Below, piece after piece: positions 54,838 through 64,000 of a stretch of 64,000 nt of DNA. The stretch's first letter is position 1. The number at the start of each line of letters is the position of its first letter. The DNA lies in contig OZ251233.1 of assembly GCA_965240325.2 (NCBI GenBank), positions 682,001-746,000 on the forward strand, given 5' to 3'. The DNA is from Rebecca billardiae RCC1528 (lineage: Eukaryota; Protista; Haptophyta). The translations under genes and the position numbers were made by a program. The notes under the pieces were generated by a model. It saw only the letters and a list, made by a program, of their open reading frames with translations, ran no database searches and had not been told where the DNA came from.

Positions 54838-56047
54838 ATGTTCACCAACGGCGAGAAGATCGACGTCGGCGCCCCCCTCACCACGGAAGCGTATGGCGCG
54901 ACCGAGCGGGGCGGCCGGCTCGAGTTGCGCAGCATCACCCTTCCACCCCTCGAAGCCACCCAAGTGCAGATCGAGATGACCCATTGCGGGTGAGCGCCCG
55001 CGTGCGCCCGTCCCGCCTGAATCGCGCGGGCGTGGTGTCTGGAAACTCACCTCCCCTGCCACGCGTGTGGGGGCGCGCAGGCTGTGCCACACGGACATCC
55101 ACATGGTCGACAACGACTGGGGCATCGCGGACTACCCGCTCGTCCCCGGACACGAGGGCGTCGGCATTGTGTCGTACGCGGGCCCAGCGGTGCGCGGGCT
55201 CAAGCCCGGCGACCGCGTGGGCGTCGGCTGGATCCGGGACGCGTGCGGGAGTTGCCAGGCGTGCGGCTGTGGCCGCGAGAACCTGTGCGAGTCCGGCTAC
55301 AAGGGCACCTACCTCGGTGACTCGGCATGCGGTGTCTGGGGCAAGTCACCGAACAACGAGTTTGGCTGCTTCTCCAAGGTGATGCGCGTGGAGGAGCGCT
55401 TCGCCTTCAAGCTCCCGGACAACGTGCCCACCCACCTCGCGTGCCCGCTGATGTGCGCGGGGGGCACGGTATTCGAGCCCATCGTCGAGTACGTCAAGCC
55501 CGGCACCGTCGTCGGCATCGGCGCGATCGGCGGTCTTGGCACGCTCGCGATCAAGCTGGCCAAGCTGTACGGCGGGCGCGTCGTGTGCTTCTCCGGCACG
55601 CCGGCCAAGCGCGAGGCGGTCCTCAAGGCGGGCGCGGACGTGTTCGTGGACACCCACGACCCGGAGCAGATGAAGGCCGCGCCCAAGTGCAACGTGTTCC
55701 TCGAGACATGCCCGGCGAACCGCGAGGTCGGCCCGCTGATGGACTTGCTCAAGTTTGACGGCGTGTACTGTCGCATGGGCCTCCCGCCGGCGAACGACGC
55801 GGGGTTCAAGTGGGCTTGGATCCCCATGATCTTCACCGCCAAGCGCATCGCCGGCTCGATCGTGACCGGCTCTGTGCGGATGGCCCAGCTGCTGCAGCTC
55901 GCGAGCTCCAACCTGGACTTTGTGAGCGACATCGGGGGGCGCGAAGCGGAGCTGGTGCCGTTTGCGCAGGTGAACGAGGCCATGGCCCAGCTGAAGGGCC
56001 AGAAGCAGGCCGCGTACCGTTTCGTGCTCACGTGGGAGTCGGCATAG
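54838..56047 (+). CDS. Zn-dependent CAD-type alcohol/aldehyde reductase, 2 exons
   Basis: THCG|LCHTD, PGHEGVG, GDRVGVGW..ACGSCQACGCGRENLC, PLMCAGGTVF and GAIGGLG. Intron 54990..55080. Confidence 0.93.
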
Positions 56048-56579
56048 GAGACCCCAGCTCCGGCGTGGCACGGACACTGCACATGATGCGGACGGCGGGC
56101 GCGAGCGAGCACACGGACGGGTCTCGGCGGCGATGATCTGAGTGAGATCTCCGCCTGATGAGGGATGGCGTCTCCGCAGCGCCGCAGCGCCACCCGGTCA
56201 CCGTTACCGCGCGTACGGTCAGTCCGTAACGGCTACTCACCGTGAAGGCGAAGTGTCAAGTGACCATGGCGAGTGCCGACTTACCGGCGCGGACGACCCG
56301 GACGACGTCGACGAGTCAATGGCGCCCGGAGGCAGCCCCGGCCCCGCGGGGCCCCTCGGCGAGCCCGTTGGCCGTTGTAGTCGCGTAGTGGCCGTAGTCG
56401 CGGCCCGCTCTGAGACTACTGTAGTGAGAGTCGAGGCAGTAAGCTGCCGGGCCGTCCGTGACCGCGTGGGCGTGGCCGTGCGGCCGTGCACTAGCGGCTT
56501 ACCGCTTACTGACTACCGCTTATATACGTACGACATCAGCCGGCCGGTTCTGCAAACAAACACCCGGATGTCGATATAT

Positions 56580-59212
56580 CACAGTGCAGGATTGGAATTT
56601 TCCGTGACGCTTCGGACGGTCCGCAGCTCGAGTCAGCGAATCCGGTCTCGGCCGGACAGTGGAACTCGGGTGGAAGCCGCGACTTCGCGGCGGACGGAGC
56701 CTCAAACGAGCGGTGCCTCGGCTCGCGGCGCGATCTACTCGGCGAAGACCGACGAGGCTGCTCGCGGGCCCGACTATGCGTCGACGCGGGCTGGGGTCGT
56801 CTTCCGCGTGGCGCTGGGCAAGTTCCTCGCCGCCCTGACGGGTGCTCTCCTTTCGCCCTCACGGCGCGCGCGGTGCGTTTCGCGAGCTTCTTGCATGCAC
56901 CGCCCGCGGTTGCGCCCGAGCCTGATGCTTCAGTCGACACGGCAGGTGGCTCGCGCAGGGTGGGATTGTGTGCGGGTGCCGCTGGCGGTGCGTCTCACCC
57001 TCCTGAAATTGTGTGGGAGGCTGTGACATTGCACGCGTACACCCCGCCACGCCCGCGGCCCGCCCGCGCAAACGCCGCGCCGCGCAGTTGTCTTTGACCT
57101 CGAGCGAGCCTGAGGCGTGGAGGCGACCGACGGCGGGGTGCGACTTGCCCACCGACCCGAGCCGCATCACCCAGCGCAGCCTCGCCCGCGACGACGCTTC
57201 GCCTGGCTGCCACTGCTCAGCCGCGTGCAAGGCGGGCTGGGCGACGTCTTTGCCGAGCGCGGCTGCAGCGCAGCACGCGAGAGGCTGGAGCGCCATGACG
57301 CGGATGGCGGAGCGGGCTTTGGGCTGGCTGGCATGAGCCGCCAGGCTGTACCGTCCGCGCAGATCGCGCTCGGCCCGGCCGCAGCCCTCCTGAGCGCGCG
57401 CCTCAGAGCTGAGACTGATCACGTGCACGCGCACAAGCCACACTGCCGTGGCTGTGTCGAGCAGCTGCGTGTGCTCGAGGCGCGGCGCTCGCACGGGCCA
57501 CGCGGGCGCAGCGGGTGCGCGTAGCTGGCGCACGCAGTGCCACGTCCTGCCGCGCCAGTTTGGCGGCCGTCCGCCCCCCCGAGCTCGAGTTCTGCGCGCT
57601 TTGCGACGGCGCGGCCGGCCGCGCCCATCTTCATGCTTGGGCACGCCAGCATGGCCGCCGCCGGGCCTGCTGCGCGCGCCGAAGCTGGAGGGCGGAGGAG
57701 GGCGCTGGGCTGCTCCTACGGCGTGCTGCAGCCCGGGCAGGCTTTTCCGCGGCGCGGCGAGGCCGTCGCGCCTGCTCGCCGCCGTCGAGTCGCCCGTGCT
57801 GAGTGACCGTCGGCCGCATGTGCTCGGCGGCACCGCAGGCAGGCGTCCCATACCAGTGTGCTCGAGCCGCTGCGCGCACCCAAGGCGAGCTGCTCGAGCG
57901 GGCTAGGTGGGCCCACGGAGTGCGCGCAGCTGGCGCACGCAGCCCCGCGTCATGGGGTGTCGGTTTGACGGTCGCCAGCCCCCGTGGGCTCGAGCTCTGT
58001 GCGCTTCACCACAGAGGTGCCGACGGCGCCCCGCGGCGCGCAACGGCGTGGCAGCATGGCCGCCGCCGGCGCCGCCGCACATGCCGCCGCTTACGGGCAG
58101 TCGAGAGCTTGGGGCAGCACCTACGGCATGCTGCAGCTCGGGCGGGCTCTGCCAGCCTGCTGTGGCGTGATCGCGCATTTTCCAGACCGTCGACTCGCCC
58201 GCGCTGCATATTTGTTTGCTGCGCGTGCTCGACGGCGCCGCTGCTGCCGCTACGGCCGCGCGTTGCTGCGTCGCGAGCGAGCCCGATGCGAGCTGAACGG
58301 CGGCGTGCTCATCGCTGCTGGCGCAGATGGGCGCGTCATGGTGGCCACGCACGATGCTGAGTGCTCGCGCGTGCCAGACGAGGCGCGTGCTCGCGCTGTG
58401 GCTCAATGTCCGGCAGTGCGCGTGGCAGGCCGCAGCTGCTCGACAACAGAACCAGCGGGCAGTGATCGGGCTGCGCGCGCGCAGCTGATGGCGGCGAACG
58501 AGCGAGCCCGCACCGCCGCGCAAGGGCTGGGCGACTGGCGCCGAGGTGGCGCGCACGTCGTCCGCTGCCGTTGGCATCGCGGCGGACGCTTCAAGCTCGT
58601 TCGGCCGGCGTGTTTTCTCCGACGCCCACCTGCGAGCGCTGCCGGCACCGTGCTCGGGCGTCAGTATCGGTGGGCTCGAGCACGCGTGGTGAGGCGCTCG
58701 GAGCGGTCGACGGCCATGATCGGGCAGCGCACGGTGGGCGTAGGCCACGCGCACGCCAGCGCCCCGCGTGGCGTGGCTTCACGGGGCGCAGCCACCAGGA
58801 GACTGTGCTGCGACGAGCTCGGGCGCGCTCGGGCGCCGCTGCTCTGCATTTTCCCGAAAAATCGGTTTTCGTGCCCTCGACCGGCGGTATGCCGCCGGGG
58901 TGGCCGCAGCTGCGCTCGGAGCAGCGCGCACGGGCACCGCCGTGTGCGCCCGCCCGCTTTCGCCGCCGCCGAGCTCGAGCACAGCGCTGCGCGGGGCTGC
59001 GTAATGCCAACGGCGCATGATTTTTTGCCCGCGCCGAGCGCGCGTCGGCGCGCGCAGCGCGCTCAGGTGTGGCCTGCTACCAAGGTCTGTGCCACGATTC
59101 GACGCGCCTATGGTGCGCCGAATTTAGGCGCACCGCTTCAGAATTGTCCGATGATTCGACTAGTGGTGCGGACAACTTAAAACGTCACCCTGAGCAGTTT
59201 TCCGGCACTGTG
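56580..59212. mobile_element. 2.6-kb non-autonomous element with CACAGTG termini (CMC/Transib/Chapaev-like)
   Basis: Left end CACAGTGCAGGA..GTGACG; right end (reverse complement) CACAGTGCCGGAAAA..GTGACG. ATATAT flanks on both sides, internal ~405-bp direct repeat, no credible ORF. Confidence 0.6.
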
Positions 59213-59254
59213 ATATATATATATATATACATACATACATATACATACATACAT

Positions 59255-59309
<55 letters not shown>
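59213..59309. repeat. Compound (TA)n/(TACA)n/(CA)n microsatellite
   Basis: Visible directly. Confidence 0.92.
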
Positions 59310-59311
<2 letters not shown>

Positions 59312-59664
59312 CGTATTATTTACGGACCGAGTGGCGAGTGTAATCGTCGGCAACTTTCAGAGTATAGTACGTTGATACTGCTGCTATATACTCTTCACAG
59401 GCTCGATCAACCGTGCGTCGAACGAGTTCGCAGTATGCCGCCGCCATCTCGACTGAGCTCAGCGACTGTCATAGGCGAGTCTCACTCTCAGTCAGCGATC
59501 GACTGCCCCGGCCCCGGGCCGCCGACGGGGTGCATATTTCTGCCACGGCGGCAGACAGGCGCCACAGAGCAGCGCCGAGGAGTACTCAGGCGCCGACAAT
59601 AGGCGCGCAGTGAGGGGCACGGCGAGGTGCGTAGCCAGCCTCCCCACCCGCAAGCCACGCGCGC

Positions 59665-61247
59665 CTAGCTCGTCGTGCTTTTGATGGCCGACTTGGCCTC
59701 GTTCACGCGGTTCTTCGCCACGATGCGGAACTCGGCCAGCGAGAGCTTGCCGTCCTTGTTGGTGTCGCCCTCTGTCATGAGGTCGTATACAACCGTGTCG
59801 CCATCGAGCTGCGAGAGCAGCTCTGCCATGGAGAGCATCCCATCCTTGTTCATGTCCATCGCCTGGAACGCCGAGCGCAGCTTCTCGTCGTCGAGCAGCA
59901 GCCTCGTGTCCAGCGCCGCCGCGACGAACTCGGTGATGTCGATTTGGCCGTCCGCGTCCACGTCGAGCGACTGCATGAGTGAGATGATGTCCGAGTACTT
60001 GGGGTTGTCTGCGGTGCGCTGCAGGTAGGTTTGCACCTCCTGTCGCACAGCAGCGCGGGGCCGAGAGGAAGGGCGGGCGCACGCGCGAGGGGCGCGCGGG
60101 TGATGAGCCGCCGGCACGCGCGCCGCCACGGCGACGGCCGCGGCGCACGCGCCGCGGTCGCGCGCACGTGGTGTGAGAGCTTGCCCGTGTTGTCCGTGTC
60201 CAGCTTGGAGAACTCCTCCTTGAGCGTGGCGATCTCCTGGATGGACAGCTGCTGCGCGATGACGAAGCGCAGCTTGCGCTCGAGCCGCGTCTGCTTCGCG
60301 AACTTTTTCAAGCGGTTCGCCACCTCCTGGTTGACCGGCTCGGACGCGCGCGTGTGCTTCTCGGTGATCCACGGGTGCGCCATCGCCTGCTCGGCCGTCA
60401 TCCGCTTGTCCGGGTCGACCTCGAGCAGCCTTTTCAAAAAGTCCTTGGCGGCGTCGGAGATGTTGCCGATGACGGACGGGCTCATCGAGTACTTGCCCGC
60501 GCACACGTTCTTCTCCGTCGTCGCCTCGTCGCCGTCGAAGGGCATGTAGCCCGTGAGCAGGATGTACACGAGCACGCCGGTCGACCAGAGGTCGCACTCG
60601 CACCCGTACGGCGTCTTCTGCTTGGAGCAGATGAAGACCTCGGGCGCCATGTACGGCGTGGTGCCGCACCAGTCGGTGATCGACTTCTTCCCCTGCTTGT
60701 ACCGGCACGAGAGCCCGAAGTCGGTGATCAGCAGCTTGGAGTCGGGCGCGCGCGTGCCGTAGAGCACGTTCTCCGGCTTCATGTCGCGGTGGCACACGCC
60801 CGCGTCGTGGCAGGCCTTGAGGCCGAGGAGGACCTGCTCGACGGCGTTCGCGGCCTCCTCCTCTGTGAAGACGTGGTCCGCGATCCGGTCGAACAGCTCG
60901 CCGCCCTCGCACGCCTGCAGCACCAGGTAGTGCTGCCACGTGTCCTTCTCGTAGCCGAGGATCCGAACGACGTGCGGCGACCGCTTCTTCGAGACGACCT
61001 GCATGATGGAGACCTCGTGCGTGACGGTCTCGGCGGAGTCGGGCGCGGCGGATATCACCTTGATCGCGTGCGCGTCGCCCGACTTGAGGTGCTTCGCGAG
61101 GTAAACCACCCCGAAGCCGCCCTCGCCGACCGGCTTGGTCGGGATATCGTACGCCTTGAGCAGCTTCGGGTGGAACTTGGGCGTGCCCTTCGGGCGGTCG
61201 CTGTCCATCGCGACCGCGGCCTTGCTAGCACATGGTATCCAGGGCAT
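59665..61247 (-). CDS. Calcium-dependent protein kinase (kinase plus 4 EF-hands), 2 exons
   Basis: GEGGFG, AIK, GGELFDRI, HRDMKPEN, DFG and APE, with junction RLKKFAKQTRLER. EF-hands DTDNTGKL, DVDADGQI, DMNKDGML and DTNKDGKL. Intron 60167..60040. Confidence 0.94.
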
Positions 61248-61581
61248 TGCGCTGGTCGGACGGGGTCGGCGGCGCCGCGCGGACACGCGGCTTGCAGCGG
61301 CAGTGACCGCCCCCCTTCGAGGCAGGAGTGGCCGTGCAAGCTCCGAGCCTGCGCTTCGTGCTTGATAACAGCTCTGGATCCGACGCCGGGGGGCGTTTTT
61401 GTACCGTTTGTACCCGCCCGTCACTAGTTCCGCGACTCGAGCACTTATTCCTCGACGGGCGAAACCGTCGAGGCGGGTACGGGTACATAGAGTCGAGTTG
61501 ACGTCGATTACGAGATAAAAGCCGAGCTGGAGAGCATGATCGGGACGACCGCCAGACGGAGTATTATTCAGTTGCGTCATA

Positions 61582-62696
61582 GTCTAGTTCAGGGAAAAAG
61601 TCCGGGAGCCGCCAACACCGTCGGTGTTGGTTCGCTGGGGCGCATGGCTGCCCTTGTGGTGCGCGGTGGCGACGAACACATGCCGAGCACGACGCCAAGA
61701 CGGCCCGCGCACACCAGTAGAGACGGGCTAGTGGCGTCGTACGGCCCCAGCGTGCCCTACTGAGGCGCTTGAGACGACATCCTGCGCCCAGTTGAGGCCG
61801 TACGTTCGTGCGGGCTCGTCTGCACACCCATCGCCGGTGTTGGTTCAAACGTGCGGGCGCGGCGCGATGTAGCACACCAAGGTGAGGGGTACTGTGGTGG
61901 GGGACGTGTTGGTGCGGTACTGGCACGCACTCTCCTAGCTCGGCCTTGTCGTACGACCCATCGGTCTGGAGATTCACGCAAGTAAGGCTTCGCTCACGGT
62001 TATACCACCACACAGACCATTTTCGGCCATTTCGTTATTTATTCATGGCTGTGAATGCTGCCTTGCATGCTGCGTCACAGTGAGCCTGTTTGGCGCGTGC
62101 CGCGCGTGCCATTGCTGCTGACAAGTCGCAGAGCTACCGAGGAGCATGTCACAGCACTATGCTTGTCTAACTCCCTGTGGTCGAGCACGCTCGCACCTTG
62201 TCCGCAAAATATCGAGCACGCCCATGCCTAGATGGCGGCCGCACACGTGAAGACGGGTGACTAGTTGGTGAGCCTTCATGTCAATCCGCGTACTCATACT
62301 TGCTCGGAGGCTTTGGCGGGGAAAGGACGCTAGGAGAGTGCGTGCCAGCACCGCACCAACACGTCCCCCACCACAGTACCCCTCACCTTGGTGTGCTACA
62401 TCGCGCCGCGCCCGCACGTTTGAACCAACACCGGCGATGGGTGTGCAGACGAGCCCGCACGAACGTACGGCCTCAACTGGGCGCAGGATGTCGGCTCAAG
62501 CGCCTCAGTAGGGCACGCTGGGGCCGTACGACGCCACTAGCCCGTCTCTACTGGTGTGCGCGGGCCGTCTTGGCGTCGTGCTCGGCATATGTTCGTCGCC
62601 ACCGCGCACCACAAGGGCAGCCATGCGCCCAGCTAACCAACACCGACCGGTGTTGGTGCGTTTCACGAGCAGTCCGGGTGAATCCCTGAACTAGAC
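61582..62696. mobile_element. Foldback element FB3 with TA flanks
   Basis: TA|GTCTAGTTCAGGGA...TCCCTGAACTAGAC|TA. Near-identical inverted arms about 61582-61939 and 62329-62696. Confidence 0.87.
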
Positions 62697-62765
62697 TAAT
62701 GATTGCGGGGCCGGATGCACACCAATGCCGATGAACGAGCCTCCCCCGCCCCAGATGTCGCCGCG

Positions 62766-63803
62766 TCACCGTCCTGCCGTGCCGCTGGGCAGCAACAGCG
62801 CGCTCAGTGTCGCGCGTGAGCGGCCCCCATTCGCCGCGTGCGCTTCGAAGAGCCCGCGCACGAGGCCGACCCAGCCGTCACCTGCCCCGCTCGCCGCCAC
62901 GCCTTGCGCGCCATCCACGAGGAACGGTGCGCTCGCCTGGCTGCCGTGGGCCGCCCGCAGCGCGTCCGCCCGCGCCGCGCCGACTGGGCCGCAGTCGCCA
63001 TCGCCATCGCCGCCATCGCCGCCCATGCCCACGAGCGTGTACGGCAGCTGCAGCGTGCACAGCGCCTCGCGCAGCAGCCGCGCGCGCGCGCAGCCCTCGC
63101 GCGCCCACAGCTGCCGCACCTCGCCACCGTCGCCGCTGCTTGCAGCCGGGTCGCGCGCCGGCGTGATGCCGAGGCCGGCGGTCGCGAGCGGCCGAACCAC
63201 CGACGCCACAAAGAGTCCGGGCAGGTCCTCGTCGGCGAGGAGGTTGAGCGCGTTGCGCCCGACGCGCGAGCGCGCGAGCGTCGGCACGGCCGCCGCCCAC
63301 CTCGCCGAGCGCGCCGCCGTGCGCGCCGCCCACTCGCTCGCCGCCTCGGCGCCCGCGCCGCTGTCCCCACGCGTGCGCCACAAATGTGCCACGATCTCGC
63401 GCGAGCCCGCGATGGGCACGCCGCCGTCGAGGAGAAGTGGGAAGCGAAGCGGCGCACCCGGCGCAAGCTGCGCGGCCGCCTCCGCGCGGAAGCGCGAGTG
63501 CGCGCTCACCACGCCCTCGGCCAGCAGCGTCGTGCGCGGGCATGGCCGGACGCGCACCGCGAGCCCGAGCGCGCACACTGCCTCGCGCACGCGCTTGCAG
63601 TAGGGCGAGGCCTCGTACTCGTAGAGGACGAGCGTGGGCGCGTCGATCGGCGACGTCCCGCTCGACGGCCGGCGCTGCGCGCGTTGATGTGCTGCGCCGA
63701 GGGCTCGGCGCAGGCCGACCCCCAGGGTGGCGGTAGCGAGATGTGCGAAATCGCGCATGGCGGCCACCCGCCCCTGGCCATCGGGCACTGCAGTCCCGTT
63801 CAT
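62766..63803 (-). CDS. GST-N/glutaredoxin-like protein with two thioredoxin-fold domains
   Basis: LVLYEYEASPYCKRVREAVCALGL...PCPR and FPLLLD...SREIVAHL, then a second LWAREGCARARLLREALCTLQLPY...APFLVD. The start may be 63758. Confidence 0.8.
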   Translation of the reverse strand: MNGTAVPDGQGRVAAMRDFAHLATATLGVGLRRALGAAHQRAQRRPSSGTSPIDAPTLVLYEYEASPYCKRVREAVCALGLAVRVRPCPRTTLLAEGVVSAHSRFRAEAAAQLAPGAPLRFPLLLDGGVPIAGSREIVAHLWRTRGDSGAGAEAASEWAARTAARSARWAAAVPTLARSRVGRNALNLLADEDLPGLFVASVVRPLATAGLGITPARDPAASSGDGGEVRQLWAREGCARARLLREALCTLQLPYTLVGMGGDGGDGDGDCGPVGAARADALRAAHGSQASAPFLVDGAQGVAASGAGDGWVGLVRGLFEAHAANGGRSRATLSALLLPSGTAGR

Positions 63804-63818
63804 TCAGCTTGAGAGAAG

Positions 63819-64000
63819 ATGGCTGCGGCGACGCGCTCGTTCGACGCGCGTTTCCGTGAGACCTACGAGTATGCGGGCTCGACCGGCGTGCGCCTGGAGG
63901 TTGAGCAGGAGCCGGCGCGATCGCTCGAGCATGACACCTTGGACACCGGCTGCACTGTCTGGCCGGCCGCACACGCGCTCGCCGACGTCGTGCTTGGCGA
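63819..64000 (+). CDS. METTL21/Methyltransf_16-like lysine methyltransferase, 5' part
   Basis: Manual translation MAAATRSFDARF...LEVEQ...DTGCTVWPAAHALADVV shows the TG..VW.AA..LA motif. It is absent from the ORF track because the window truncates it. Confidence 0.7.
   Translation, partial: MAAATRSFDARFRETYEYAGSTGVRLEVEQEPARSLEHDTLDTGCTVWPAAHALADVVLG

Overview
This is very GC-rich, compact eukaryotic nuclear DNA with short GC-rich spliceosomal introns. It resembles an algal genome, probably a haptophyte (inference only). About 20 genes are readable: a tandem two-module K+/CNG-type channel with ankyrins, an ABC1 kinase, a Pro/Gly-rich protein, a PPC-like membrane protein, a glycosyltransferase-like ORF, a zinc-finger protein, XRCC3, a DUF1499 protein, two MYND proteins (one Sel1-repeat), an ABCD transporter, ERV1, a CE4 deacetylase, an aldo-keto reductase, an R3H protein, a TPT-family transporter, an SGT-like TPR protein, a CAD-type dehydrogenase, a CDPK, a GST/glutaredoxin-like protein and a partial METTL21-like methyltransferase. 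There is one tRNA-Trp(CCA). Most other ORFs in the track are GC-driven shadows. The most notable content is the set of non-autonomous mobile elements. Three foldback elements are each about 1.11 kb; two have CAAGG termini and perfect 7-bp target duplications (P-superfamily-like) and sit in head-to-head promoters. There are also two Helentron/HINE-like copies, a 2.6-kb element ending in CACAGTG (identical to the RSS heptamer), several TA-flanked MITEs stacked in a nesting hotspot, and a decayed Ulp1-like protease. No intact transposase is present. Family assignments come from motif recognition by eye, not database searches.
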